A program made the position numbers and the translations under genes. 64,000 bases of DNA, taken from a virus (taxonomy: Duplodnaviria > Heunggongvirae > Uroviricota > Caudoviricetes). The DNA is taken from IMG/VR virus record IMGVR_UViG_3300013021_000001; one strand, given 5' to 3'. The notes below the pieces were generated by a model. The model saw only the letters and a list, made by a program, of their open reading frames with translations, made no database searches and was not told the origin of the DNA. The stretch's first letter is position 1; each line of letters opens with the position of its first letter. Positions 45,990-55,289 of this stretch are shown here, in pieces.

Positions 45990-47649
45990 GAAAACTAAAT
46001 ATATATTCGTGACAGGAGGGGTTGTCTCTGGATTAGGAAAGGGGTTAACTTCTGCATCGCTTGGAATGTTACTTAAAGCTAGAGGGTTAAATATTAAGGT
46101 TCAGAAATTTGACCCCTATATAAATGTTGATGCTGGGACAATGAACCCTATAGAACACGGAGAGGTTTTTGTTACCAATGATGGAGCAGAAACTGATTTA
46201 GACCTTGGCCACTATGAAAGGTTTATTGATATAGAGCTTTCTGGAATTAATTCTGTCTCAACAGGTCAAATCTATCAGGAAGTTTTAGATAACGAAAGAA
46301 AAGGCAAATACTTAGGTAAGACAATACAGGTAATACCTCATATCACTGATGAGATAAAGCGCAGGATGACCCTGCCGGAAGACGATAAGACTGATGTGAT
46401 ACTAATTGAACTCGGGGGCACTGTAGGAGATATTGAAAGCTTCCCTTTTGTGGAGGCTGTAAGGCAGTTAAGACATGATTTAGGTTTTGATAACACATTC
46501 CATGTTCACTGCACATTAATTCCTTACATGCATAAAGTAGGAGAGTACAAATCAAAACCTACCCAGCAGAGCTTAAAGGAGCTTAGAAGTCTTGGCGTTC
46601 AGCCTGATGCTGTAGTCGGCAGAATTAAAGATAAAATGCCTGAAGAAATAAGGGATAAGATTTCTTTATTTGGAGATATAGACAAGGAATTAATATTTGA
46701 GTCAGTTGATGTAGAGCACATTTATGAAATACCTCTCAAATATGAAGGTCAGGATATGGCTAAAAAGGTAATGGAGAAACTTGGTTTTAAATCATTTCAG
46801 AGTTATCCTCAAGATATAGATGACTGGGGGCATATGCTTGTAAATTTACAAGAAAAAAAAGAAAAGGTAAATATAGCAGTTGTGGGAAAATATACACAGC
46901 TCGAAGATGCATATCTCAGCATCAAAGAGGCTTTAATACATGCAGGTCTTAAAAATCATCTCGATGTTGATATTACATTTATTGACTCTCAAGAGCTTGA
47001 AGATTTAAGCTGTGATGAAGCAGTTAGAATAACATTAAAAGGATATGATGGAATATTAGTCCCTGGTGGATTTGGTGAGAGAGGCATTGAAGGCAAGATA
47101 AAGGCGGCTAAATATGCAAGAGAAAATAAGGTCCCTTACTTTGGTATTTGTCTTGGCATGCAGGTTGCAGCTATTGAATTTGCCAGAAATGAGTTAGGAC
47201 TAGAAGATGCCAACAGCTTAGAGTTTGACAGTGAAACTAAAAACCCTGTAATAACCCTCATGAATGAGCAGAGAGAGGTTGTTAACAAGGGCGGAACAAT
47301 GAGGCTTGGCTCTTATGATTTTACAGCAAAGCCTTTAAAGTCAAGAGTTCACAGCGCCTACATCGACCATTTAGAATTAAAAGAAAGGCATCGTCACCGC
47401 TTTGAGTTTAACAATGATTACAGAAAGTTATTTGAAGCTAACGGGGTTGTATTCTCAGGTCTATCACCGGACGGAAAGCTTGTTGAAACAATGGAGCTTA
47501 AAGAACACAGATGGTTTGTTGGTGTGCAGTTTCATCCGGAGTTTAAGTCAAGACCTTTGAGGCCACACCCTTTATTTGTTGATTTTGTAAAAAATGCTTC
47601 TACGAGGAGATGGATACAATCAGTAATGAGTTCACAGGAAAAGAATTAA
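45976..47649 (+). CDS. pyrG: CTP synthase
   Basis: KYIFVTGGVVSGLGKG N-terminus. C-terminal GATase domain GICLGMQ and HRHRFE. 557 aa. ATG 45976 preferred; GTG 45970 is also in frame. Confidence 0.85.
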   Translation: MSVSKKTKYIFVTGGVVSGLGKGLTSASLGMLLKARGLNIKVQKFDPYINVDAGTMNPIEHGEVFVTNDGAETDLDLGHYERFIDIELSGINSVSTGQIYQEVLDNERKGKYLGKTIQVIPHITDEIKRRMTLPEDDKTDVILIELGGTVGDIESFPFVEAVRQLRHDLGFDNTFHVHCTLIPYMHKVGEYKSKPTQQSLKELRSLGVQPDAVVGRIKDKMPEEIRDKISLFGDIDKELIFESVDVEHIYEIPLKYEGQDMAKKVMEKLGFKSFQSYPQDIDDWGHMLVNLQEKKEKVNIAVVGKYTQLEDAYLSIKEALIHAGLKNHLDVDITFIDSQELEDLSCDEAVRITLKGYDGILVPGGFGERGIEGKIKAAKYARENKVPYFGICLGMQVAAIEFARNELGLEDANSLEFDSETKNPVITLMNEQREVVNKGGTMRLGSYDFTAKPLKSRVHSAYIDHLELKERHRHRFEFNNDYRKLFEANGVVFSGLSPDGKLVETMELKEHRWFVGVQFHPEFKSRPLRPHPLFVDFVKNASTRRWIQSVMSSQEKN

Positions 47650-48032
47650 AAGCAACAGAAGTTAGAATGTTTATGACCATGACATCTCAGGTAGCAAAAG
47701 ACCAGATTGAGTGGTATGACAGTATATCTAAGGATAGGTATTCTGTCGAATGTGAAATAAATACAGACGAAACAAGCCTTGATGACTTGTATGAGGCAAT
47801 AAATTCACTGCCTGAAATGTCTTATCATTATGTAATTGTTTTTAATAAAGAGGGTTTTGAAGAATTTAAAGAAACAATGCCTGTTGAGTTGAAAGAAAAC
47901 GCAGATAAGATTAGTTCTATATTTGGGATGAAAGTTAGGGTAATTGCAGGACTTGAAGAAAAGGTAGCAATTTACAAAATTCCTCTTGGCTCTGAAGGAA
48001 TTGAAGGGGTGTTAGACTTATGGAATTTTTAA
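47610..48032 (+). CDS. Hypothetical protein
   Basis: 140-aa ORF. Confidence 0.35.
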   Translation: MDTISNEFTGKELKATEVRMFMTMTSQVAKDQIEWYDSISKDRYSVECEINTDETSLDDLYEAINSLPEMSYHYVIVFNKEGFEEFKETMPVELKENADKISSIFGMKVRVIAGLEEKVAIYKIPLGSEGIEGVLDLWNF

Positions 48033-48268
48033 AAGAAAAGCCACCAAGAATTGATTATATCAAACACTTTTTTGCTGGAGGGTTAATAACACTAATTTTA
48101 AGTTTGATTAACCCATTCTTTGGATTAGTAACAGGAAGTACAGTTGGTATATTAAAGGAATATGTCTGGGACAAGTGGCTTGATAAAGGTTGCTTTGAAT
48201 GGACGGATATGGCTTACACTATAACAGGTTCAACACTTGTATATATAGTAATTATGCTTTGCATATAA
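48020..48268 (+). CDS. Small membrane protein
   Basis: Two TM segments. Confidence 0.35.
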   Translation: MEFLKEKPPRIDYIKHFFAGGLITLILSLINPFFGLVTGSTVGILKEYVWDKWLDKGCFEWTDMAYTITGSTLVYIVIMLCI

Positions 48269-48287
48269 AAAATGGAGGAATATAAAA

Positions 48288-48485
48288 ATGATTAAATGGA
48301 TTAAAAAAATCTTTTCGAAAGAAGCAAGAGCTAAAGTAGATAAAATAAAATACCATCTGCTTTTGGAAAAGACTTATTGGGATGGACGAGCCTATGATAA
48401 AACTGAAAAAGATTACGAAACAGTAAAGCACGAAACTATTTTAGATATAGAAAACATGGTAAAGGAAGTTTCAAATAAAGAGTAA
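48288..48485 (+). CDS. Hypothetical small protein
   Basis: RBS AAATGGAGGAATATAAAA ATG. Confidence 0.35.
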   Translation: MIKWIKKIFSKEARAKVDKIKYHLLLEKTYWDGRAYDKTEKDYETVKHETILDIENMVKEVSNKE

Positions 48486-48504
48486 AAACAAGGGGGATAA
48501 AATA

Positions 48505-48789
48505 ATGGCAGCTACACAAAAACTAAAAGAGTATGAGGATATTAAGAAGGAATTTTTTAATCTTCTAGATGAAAAGAATGAAGAACTTGAAGTTGGGTTT
48601 TTAGATGGGACATGGGATAAGTATAAAGGAACAATGTCTTTAATTGATAATAGAAGTTCTGTACCTAGAACAAAGAGATTTATGAAAGTAAAGTATGACA
48701 AGTACCTTAAAAAGTTTCAGTATAAAAACTGGCTAGGTCAACATACAAATTTAGAAAAGGAAATCGAGATTGGTCTCTCGAGATTTTAA
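48505..48789 (+). CDS. Hypothetical protein
   Basis: RBS AAGGGGGATAAAATA ATG. Confidence 0.4.
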   Translation: MAATQKLKEYEDIKKEFFNLLDEKNEELEVGFLDGTWDKYKGTMSLIDNRSSVPRTKRFMKVKYDKYLKKFQYKNWLGQHTNLEKEIEIGLSRF

Positions 48790-49521
48790 ATGGAAGATTA
48801 CTTAAAAAGATTTACAGAGCCTATTGTTATAAAGTCGCAAAAAGCAGCTGATAGGTTTTATGAACTTTTAGAAGAAGCTGAAAATCATAAATCTACACCA
48901 GAAGAAATAAATAAAAGAAAAACAAACATAAAGAAAACAATGGAAGAAATTGAAAGAGGAAAAAGGATAATTGAGTCAATCTTGGGTGTTAAAAATCTAT
49001 ATCTGATTGCTGACACCCATTTTGGCCATTATAACATTATAGAATATGAGAACAGACCTTTTTTAACAGCAGAAGAGATGGATGAATACATGATTGAAAT
49101 GTGGAATGATACTGTTTGTCCACATGACACAGTGCTTCATCTAGGAGATTTCTTTCTTACTAACACCAAACGACAGATTGAGATTATGGACCGTTTAAAC
49201 GGCAAAATTATACTCATTAGAGGTAATCACGACGGTCAATCACGAACAAAGCTCGTTGAAAGGCTTGGGTTTAAAGAAGTATATGACAGTTTTACCTTGA
49301 TGGTTAATGATTACACTTTCGTTTTAACTCACAGACCAATGGAATTGAGTATAGAAGATGAGCTTTATTTTAAGTCACACAACATAATTAACATTCACGG
49401 ACATGTACATGGTGTTAAGGAAGAGAAATCTAAGTTTCACAAATGTGTTTCAGCAGAAAATTTATTATTAAAACCTATAAACTTAAAAAGACTAATAAAA
49501 TTTATAGAGAATGAAAGGTGA
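48790..49521 (+). CDS. Calcineurin-like metallophosphoesterase
   Basis: LYLIADTHFGH (motif I), HLGDFF (motif II), IRGNHD (motif III), and HGHVHG. Confidence 0.6.
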   Translation: MEDYLKRFTEPIVIKSQKAADRFYELLEEAENHKSTPEEINKRKTNIKKTMEEIERGKRIIESILGVKNLYLIADTHFGHYNIIEYENRPFLTAEEMDEYMIEMWNDTVCPHDTVLHLGDFFLTNTKRQIEIMDRLNGKIILIRGNHDGQSRTKLVERLGFKEVYDSFTLMVNDYTFVLTHRPMELSIEDELYFKSHNIINIHGHVHGVKEEKSKFHKCVSAENLLLKPINLKRLIKFIENER

Positions 49522-49525
49522 TTAA

Positions 49526-49906
49526 ATGACAGAAAAAGAAGATTTAAATGGAGATATGCCTAGAATTATAGCTGTCGACTTTGACGGAACTATTGTTCAA
49601 AATAAATGGCCTGAAATTGGAGAGATTAATAAGCATGTTGTAGAAGAGATGAGAAGAGAAGATGAAGATGGCACTGTAATTATTCTCTGGACATGTCGGA
49701 CTGGTAAAGAGCTTGAGGAAGCTATAAAATTCTGCTACGAAAATGATATACCTATTGACTATGCTAATGAAAATTGTGAATGGGTTAAGAATAATTTTAA
49801 TGGCGAGGGAATAAAAGTGTTTGCTTTTCAGTATTGGGACGACAGAGCCCTTAATGTCGACGATATATCTGTTGGTATACCTTTAGATATTGGAGAGGAT
49901 GAATAA
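49526..49906 (+). CDS. Hypothetical protein, possibly HAD-like
   Basis: IIAVDFDGTIV DxD motif. Weak. Confidence 0.25.
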   Translation: MTEKEDLNGDMPRIIAVDFDGTIVQNKWPEIGEINKHVVEEMRREDEDGTVIILWTCRTGKELEEAIKFCYENDIPIDYANENCEWVKNNFNGEGIKVFAFQYWDDRALNVDDISVGIPLDIGEDE

Positions 49907-50310
49907 TGTATCAATACAATGCCGTGATAGATGAGGTTATAGATGGTGATACCTTTGATGCAACAATTGATTTGGGCTTTTCTACATTAAAAAAAGAAAG
50001 GCTCAGACTCAAGGGTGTTGATACACCAGAGATGAGAACATCTAATAATAGAGAAAAAAACGCAGCTATACTTGTTACTGAGTTTGTAAAACACCTATTA
50101 AAAGATAGAGAATTAGTAATTAAAACAAATAAAAAGGGTGGTTTTGGCAGGTATATTGCAGATATTTATCTACCAGAAGGTGGAACCTTGAGCGACTTTC
50201 TTCTAAAAAGAGGTTTAGCTAGGGAATATGAAACAGGAGCACCTGAATGGACCGAAAAACAATTAGCACATATTTTTAATGTACTTAATTTTATAAAGAT
50301 TGGAGATTAG
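49906..50310 (+). CDS. Staphylococcal-nuclease-like (SNase/thermonuclease) protein
   Basis: VIDGDTFDATIDLGF…LRLKGVDTPE…GRYIADIY matches the SNase fold signatures. Confidence 0.55.
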   Translation: MYQYNAVIDEVIDGDTFDATIDLGFSTLKKERLRLKGVDTPEMRTSNNREKNAAILVTEFVKHLLKDRELVIKTNKKGGFGRYIADIYLPEGGTLSDFLLKRGLAREYETGAPEWTEKQLAHIFNVLNFIKIGD

Positions 50311-50313
50311 AAT

Positions 50314-50646
50314 ATGATTGAGTTTAACATGGTAGAGCAGTTTGCAATTTTAATACTTATGCACTTAATGTATGACTTTCACTGGCAGGGAGATTTTGTC
50401 GGAACATACAAGGCTAAATACATTTTTATTTTATTCATACACTGTCTGACATGGGCTTTATTCTTGTCGCTTGGGTTAAAGATTCTTGGAATTTATACAC
50501 TCTGGAAGTTTATGTTTTTATTTGCTACACATTTTATTATCGACCTGGCGAAAATTTCATTGCAGCGCGAGGCTCATTATTCTGGCTACTTAATAGCAGA
50601 CCAGCTTGCCCATGTATTTACATTAATAATAGTCTTTATATTTTAG
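50314..50646 (+). CDS. Membrane protein
   Basis: Three hydrophobic segments. Confidence 0.35.
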   Translation: MIEFNMVEQFAILILMHLMYDFHWQGDFVGTYKAKYIFILFIHCLTWALFLSLGLKILGIYTLWKFMFLFATHFIIDLAKISLQREAHYSGYLIADQLAHVFTLIIVFIF

Positions 50647-50656
50647 GGGGGGTAAA

Positions 50657-50854
50657 ATGAGTCACCTTTGGAAAAACGCTCCTGGTTATCAGAAGTATCA
50701 ATCGCTTGAAGCTATGCTTTTAGCAAAGTGGGCTCTTGATGTAGGGAGCAGACAAAAAGCTTTAAGAATGAAAAAGATTGCTGATAAGATGGAGGATAAA
50801 AAAAGAAAATATAATGAAGGAAGAAGCTTTGTTTATCATTACAATCTAATTTAG
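50657..50854 (+). CDS. Hypothetical small protein
   Basis: RBS AGGGGGGGTAAA ATG. Confidence 0.35.
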   Translation: MSHLWKNAPGYQKYQSLEAMLLAKWALDVGSRQKALRMKKIADKMEDKKRKYNEGRSFVYHYNLI

Positions 50855-50865
50855 GAGGTAAATAA

Positions 50866-51255
50866 ATGAATTACGAAAAAATGTGGGAAGAATTAAAAGA
50901 TGAAATTTTACAGCAGGTAGAACAGTACGGGACAAATAAAGATACGCTATCTGCAATGATGGAAATAGAAATGATGGAAATAGAAAAGTCCAATAAAATG
51001 TCGATTAAGCCGCATGAATACCGTTTTGTAAGACTTGAAAATGGTCATGAATACCATTTTGTAAGACTTGAAAATGGTGAATGGGAAGGTTTTTATTTAG
51101 GCAACAAACTTGTAGCAGAAAATCATAGATTATCAGCTGATGATGTACTAAAGCATGTTGATGATGCGCTTGTTCTTTATATGAGGGAAGAAGACTTTGA
51201 AAAAATTAATCTTAGAATGCCAGAAGATTTTGCGGAATTAACAGAGGTGCTATAA
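50866..51255 (+). CDS. Hypothetical protein containing in-frame tandem duplications
   Basis: RBS GGAGGTAAATAA ATG. MMEIEMMEIE and HEYRFVRLENGHEYHFVRLENG arise from 15-bp and 33-bp tandem DNA duplications. Confidence 0.4.
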   Translation: MNYEKMWEELKDEILQQVEQYGTNKDTLSAMMEIEMMEIEKSNKMSIKPHEYRFVRLENGHEYHFVRLENGEWEGFYLGNKLVAENHRLSADDVLKHVDDALVLYMREEDFEKINLRMPEDFAELTEVL

Positions 51256-51498
51256 ATGATTGTTTTATTTGAGAGATTATTTTGGTTTTATTTAGCAGGA
51301 GTGATGGCCACAATGTTTTTGTGGCTGTCACAGTATTTAGTTAATAAACATATTTGGGAAGATGCACTTGAACATATTATAAAGGCTTCATCAGCAAAAG
51401 ATAAGAATGATATTTATTCTGCTATTTTTCTTTCATGTCTTTTAAGCTGGATTACAATTCTTGCATTTATTTATGTCAAGTCGATGTCTCCAAAATAG
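51256..51498 (+). CDS. Small membrane protein
   Basis: Two TM segments. Confidence 0.35.
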   Translation: MIVLFERLFWFYLAGVMATMFLWLSQYLVNKHIWEDALEHIIKASSAKDKNDIYSAIFLSCLLSWITILAFIYVKSMSPK

Positions 51499-51513
51499 AA
51501 AGCGAGGATTATT

Positions 51514-51747
51514 ATGGATTTTGAGCCAAACTTTATTAAACTTGATTATAATATAATAAATGTCAACTCAATTATTAATATTGAAATTTATGAAAAAGAA
51601 AATATGGTTGAGCCATATTATTTAGAAATAACATTAACAGATAAAAATATCGTTAAAACTTTTAAATACCGAATGCAAAGAGATTCGGTTATGAGAAAAC
51701 TTTACAACTATATAAAAGATAATGGAGTTTTACTAGAGCTAGAATAA
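51514..51747 (+). CDS. Hypothetical small protein
   Basis: 77-aa ORF. Confidence 0.3.
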   Translation: MDFEPNFIKLDYNIINVNSIINIEIYEKENMVEPYYLEITLTDKNIVKTFKYRMQRDSVMRKLYNYIKDNGVLLELE

Positions 51748-51761
51748 AGGAGAATTAAAAA

Positions 51762-51863
51762 TGGATTTCTTAATAGGAACAGTATTTACAATTGGAGCAC
51801 TTGTGATACTATATGCAATATTTAAAATATTAAAAGTATTATATTATTGGATGTTTTTATAAA
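51762..51863 (+). CDS. 33-aa hydrophobic peptide (not in ORF track)
   Basis: ATG after AAGGAGAATTAAAA. MDFLIGTVFTIGALVILYAIFKILKVLYYWMFL. Confidence 0.3.
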
Positions 51864-51892
51864 AAAGCTTCGCAAAAAAGTTTCGCAATATA

Positions 51893-51916
51893 TTCGTAAA
51901 ATGCTGATTTTACGAA
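51893..51916. terminator. Perfect hairpin TTCGTAAAAT-GCTG-ATTTTACGAA
   Basis: 10-bp perfect inverted repeat at the start of a 360-bp non-coding region. Flanked by a TTCGCAA direct repeat upstream and GTTTTCC downstream. Confidence 0.35.
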
Positions 51917-52113
51917 GTTTTCCTAGTAATTTACTATGAATTAATTAACATCTAAGTTTATTATTTCTAAATTCTGTCTCAATATCCCAAGATATCTAGG
52001 TTTTTGGGATAAAATGGAAAAAATGAAATAAATTATATGGCCTCATATCGTCAAAAGTTTTTAGTTTGTGGGTATAACTAAATACTTTTTTAAAATTAGA
52101 GGGGTTAGTTCTT

Positions 52114-52142
52114 TTGTTTCTATATTCATAAGTTCATATAAT
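52114..52142 (+). promoter_or_regulatory. Promoter candidate TTGTTT-17-TATAAT
   Basis: Located in the large intergenic region about 80 bp upstream of gene 52230. Flanked by TTCATAAG direct repeats. Confidence 0.35.
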
Positions 52143-52229
52143 GACTAAACATAATAACAATACATGTTTTTATATTCTTAAGCATACTTAGTTCATAAGA
52201 ATAAATAAATTTAAGAAGGAATGTTTTTT

Positions 52230-52832
52230 ATGGCAGATATTGTATTTCCAAAAAATGAGAGCTTTGAACATTTTACTTTAAAAGAAATTGGTAAGCTTTA
52301 TTTAAAACATAACCAGCTCTGCAACTTTGTGGCGGATGAATTTACTATCCCCCACTACTTCTCTCGTCTTGCAGAAAAACAGTTTGATTTAAAACTTGGT
52401 TATAAGATACATAACAAAAGTATTACAGATGCTTTTGGGTTTAAGGCAACCTACTCTGGTGATGTGACGATTAAATCGGTTGAGGCTAAGGCCTCTTATT
52501 CTGACTTTCAAAACGGTTTCTGCATCGGCGGTGAGTATAATTATCTCATAGCACCAAAAGGAGTTATCCCTGTGGATGAGGTCCCTTCTTTTGTCGGTTT
52601 GATTGAGATTGATTTTGATAAGTTCTACTATAAAGGTAATAGAATAAAGTCGGGTTATAAGACTATCCAGAGGGCCAGAAAAATAAAGATACCTAAAAAA
52701 AGAAAAGAACAAACTGTTGAAAGATTAAAGTGGAGGATGCTTTATAAATTAAGTAAGGATTTCTACATGAGAAATAACTGGCTTTATAAAACTAAACTAA
52801 GGAAAAAATATGGAGATAAATTTAAGGATTGA
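52230..52832 (+). CDS. Hypothetical protein
   Basis: Second ATG (52230) has proper spacing from AAGAAGGA. Basic C-terminus. Confidence 0.4.
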   Translation: MADIVFPKNESFEHFTLKEIGKLYLKHNQLCNFVADEFTIPHYFSRLAEKQFDLKLGYKIHNKSITDAFGFKATYSGDVTIKSVEAKASYSDFQNGFCIGGEYNYLIAPKGVIPVDEVPSFVGLIEIDFDKFYYKGNRIKSGYKTIQRARKIKIPKKRKEQTVERLKWRMLYKLSKDFYMRNNWLYKTKLRKKYGDKFKD

Positions 52833-53077
52833 GGTGTTTTAATTTGAGATTTAAAAAGGTAAAGGTATTTAAGAGCGAGCTATGGAATATCACTATTTAT
52901 GCATATCTTATAACTGTTCTTTTATATGCTCTCCTCTCTCTTTTTGAGCTTGGTAGAGAGGTCGAATATACATATACATTGGCTGCCTGGATTTTAGATA
53001 ACTTAAGATTTATTATAATGACTATTTTATTGTTCTACTATGGATACTATGAGAGGGAGCGGTTTAGTAATGAATAA
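52829..53077 (+). CDS. Small membrane protein
   Basis: Two TM segments. ATGA overlap with the upstream gene. Confidence 0.35.
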   Translation: MRCFNLRFKKVKVFKSELWNITIYAYLITVLLYALLSLFELGREVEYTYTLAAWILDNLRFIIMTILLFYYGYYERERFSNE

Positions 53078-53282
53078 AGAAGTTAGAAAAGTTTTTCGTC
53101 TTGAAGATGGTGGCGTTTTTAAAGAGGTTAACTTCTCCGATTTGAAAAAAGATGATATGTTTAAGATGTATGAACCAGATGGAATGCTTGTATCTGATAA
53201 GAATGACAGAGTTCTTTTTACATGTATTTCAGACGCATACATTAATGATGGAGTATATACTGTAGATATTAATGGGAGTTGA
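53070..53282 (+). CDS. Hypothetical small protein
   Basis: ATG 53070 after GAGAGGGAGCGGTTTAGTA. Confidence 0.35.
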   Translation: MNKEVRKVFRLEDGGVFKEVNFSDLKKDDMFKMYEPDGMLVSDKNDRVLFTCISDAYINDGVYTVDINGS

Positions 53283-53533
53283 TGATGATGATTAAAAAAG
53301 GAGATATTGTCTATCACAAAGGACTGCTCGAACGCCGTGGAATCAATAACAATTGTGAGTTTAAAGTTAATAAAGTAGAAAATGATAAGGCTGAAGTTGA
53401 GGTAGTTGTCCCTGCCGAGGACCCTTTCGATAGAGTCGGTATGAAGTGGACTAAAATACCAATTGAAAATCTAATTAAAGTTAGAGATTATAACCAAAGT
53501 GAAGTTAAAGAGTTTGATATGGAGGGATTTTAA
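53279..53533 (+). CDS. Hypothetical small protein
   Basis: ATGA overlap chain. 84 aa. Confidence 0.35.
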   Translation: MMMMIKKGDIVYHKGLLERRGINNNCEFKVNKVENDKAEVEVVVPAEDPFDRVGMKWTKIPIENLIKVRDYNQSEVKEFDMEGF

Positions 53534-53871
53534 TGAGTGAAATGGTACATTTTAAGGGTCAGTTAGTGCCTTTGACAAGGCCTGAAGGTATGACACTTGA
53601 AGAACAAATGAAAGATGTAGCTGGTATTACAGAGGTTAAAAGCTATTATGACAGCTTAGAAGAACAGTTTTTGGAAGCTGCTTACAAGAAGTTTGCTGTT
53701 ATCGATGATACTATCTACCGGATTGAAATGGAAGATGTTTATTATGATGATATCTTTGAATCTAATTTTAACGATGACGGAACTATAAGCTTTGAAACAA
53801 AGTATTATAATGGTGGCTGCTCTTTTTATGAGGCTTTAGGTTATGCCCTGAAGAGTGATAATAATGCCTAG
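53533..53871 (+). CDS. Hypothetical acidic protein
   Basis: ATGA overlap. 112 aa. Confidence 0.35.
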   Translation: MSEMVHFKGQLVPLTRPEGMTLEEQMKDVAGITEVKSYYDSLEEQFLEAAYKKFAVIDDTIYRIEMEDVYYDDIFESNFNDDGTISFETKYYNGGCSFYEALGYALKSDNNA

Positions 53872-53998
53872 AGCTTATTGCGATGCATCTGATTGCGAAT
53901 ATCATGATTTAGGCGAATGCTGGACAGATGAAGTTTTTTTAGATGAGAAGGGTAAATGCAGAAACTATAAAAAAGAGGATGATGACAACAATGAGTAA
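53864..53998 (+). CDS. Cys-rich 44-aa peptide (DUF1540-like C-x4-C…H…C pattern; not in ORF track)
   Basis: MPRAYCDASDCEYHDLGECWTDEVFLDEKGKCRN. Overlaps its neighbours by only a few nucleotides. Confidence 0.3.
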   Translation: MPRAYCDASDCEYHDLGECWTDEVFLDEKGKCRNYKKEDDDNNE

Positions 53999-54362
53999 GG
54001 AGCTTCTATTTTCTGTAACTAAAAACGACTTAGAAATTGAGACTTTTCGCTCTGGTGGCCCGGGCGGACAAAACCAAAACTCACGAGAAACTGGTGTCAG
54101 AATTAGACATAAAGAGTCAGGGGCTGTGGCCGAGTCAAGAAACCACAGGACTCAGGCTAAGAATAAAAAGGCTGCACTTGAAAGACTTGTAAAGACAGAT
54201 GAATTTAAAAAATGGCATAAGCTTAAAACAAGCTATGCTCTAAAGGGTGTTGATGACTATAAAAAGAAACTAGAAAAAGAAGTTGATGCCTGGATGAGTG
54301 ATAGTAATTTAAAAATAGAAAGTTTTAATAGTGAAAGTAAACAATGGGAGGAATTAAATTAA
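53991..54362 (+). CDS. GGQ-domain peptidyl-tRNA hydrolase, ArfB (YaeJ)-like ribosome rescue factor
   Basis: FRSGGPGGQNQNSRETGVRIRH parallels E. coli ArfB [21 protein letters not shown] (GGQ catalytic motif). About 123 aa with a basic C-terminal tail. ATG 53991 preferred over 53943. Confidence 0.55.
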   Translation: MSKELLFSVTKNDLEIETFRSGGPGGQNQNSRETGVRIRHKESGAVAESRNHRTQAKNKKAALERLVKTDEFKKWHKLKTSYALKGVDDYKKKLEKEVDAWMSDSNLKIESFNSESKQWEELN

Positions 54363-54661
54363 TGATAGAGATTACAACTGTAGAGGAATTCGAGGACTTT
54401 ATCAATCAGGACAAACATGTTGTGGTTGATTTTTACGCTAAATGGTGTGGAAAGTGTAAGCAACTTAAAGGAAGGTTAATGGCCCAGTATGCTGATAAGT
54501 TTGATATTTACACAGTTGATGTTGACTCTTTTGAGGCTTTAGCTGAAGAGTATAACGTAAAAGGACTTCCGAAACTTATATTGTTTAAAAATGGAGAGAT
54601 TGTTGAAGAACAGGATAAATCAGCTATGGTATTTCTAAAAAAGATAAAAACATTACTATAA
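54362..54661 (+). CDS. Thioredoxin-like protein (CGKC active site)
   Basis: VVDFYAKWCGKCKQL is a WCxxC thioredoxin-fold motif. 99 aa. ATG 54362 after GGGAGGAATTAAATTA. Confidence 0.65.
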   Translation: MIEITTVEEFEDFINQDKHVVVDFYAKWCGKCKQLKGRLMAQYADKFDIYTVDVDSFEALAEEYNVKGLPKLILFKNGEIVEEQDKSAMVFLKKIKTLL

Positions 54662-54667
54662 AAAAAG

Positions 54668-54693
54668 AAGCCGTCCTTTTAAGGGCGGCTTTT
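54668..54693. terminator. Bidirectional terminator hairpin between convergent blocks
   Basis: AAGCCGTCCTTTTAAGGGCGGCTT stem-loop followed by TTTTG on the plus strand and preceded by an A-run. Marks the strand switch. Confidence 0.6.
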
Positions 54694-54704
54694 GTCATTT
54701 CTAT

Positions 54705-55289
54705 TTAGTTTTCTATTAACAAATCAGCTGTAGAATAAATGGCTACACCTAATGCTATGTACTCAATTTTTTCTATAAAGCTCATTGAATACATCTTTTC
54801 CTGTTCATTTATTATATCGTCTTTAAGCATTAGCTGCTCTTTCTGCAGTCCTATCACCTGATTGGCGTTAGCTATTGCACTGTCAAAAGATTCTTTCTGG
54901 TTTTTAATAGAAACTTTAAGCATGTCATTTTCATCTTCTAAGGATAATATGTATTTATCTTGAAGTTCATTCTCCTTTTTTAATCCTTTTATTAAAGATT
55001 CCTGTTTGGCTACAATGCTTTTTAGTTTCGATACTTCATTTTCAAGAGATTTAATCTTATTTGCAACATCAATAGCTTCCTGTTCTGTTAAATCATATTT
55101 TTTACTTTCTATTATCTTTTTTAGAGTTTCTATCTCTGCCTCTTGAGCTTTTATAGTGTTGCTTAGTTCTACTATTGTTGCAGATTCAGCATTAGCCTTC
55201 TGGCTTCCCATCATCATTAATACTATCAATAATATAACTATAAGCAGCGTCGCCATCAGAGTCGCCAAATTCTCCGGGTGCATTCTCAT
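54705..55289 (-). CDS. Membrane-anchored coiled-coil protein
   Basis: N-terminal TM (LLIVILLIVLMMM), long heptad-like coiled coil, C-terminal hydrophobic segment. Overlaps the upstream gene by up to 98 nt; internal Met starts are possible. Confidence 0.4.
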   Translation of the reverse strand: MRMHPENLATLMATLLIVILLIVLMMMGSQKANAESATIVELSNTIKAQEAEIETLKKIIESKKYDLTEQEAIDVANKIKSLENEVSKLKSIVAKQESLIKGLKKENELQDKYILSLEDENDMLKVSIKNQKESFDSAIANANQVIGLQKEQLMLKDDIINEQEKMYSMSFIEKIEYIALGVAIYSTADLLIEN

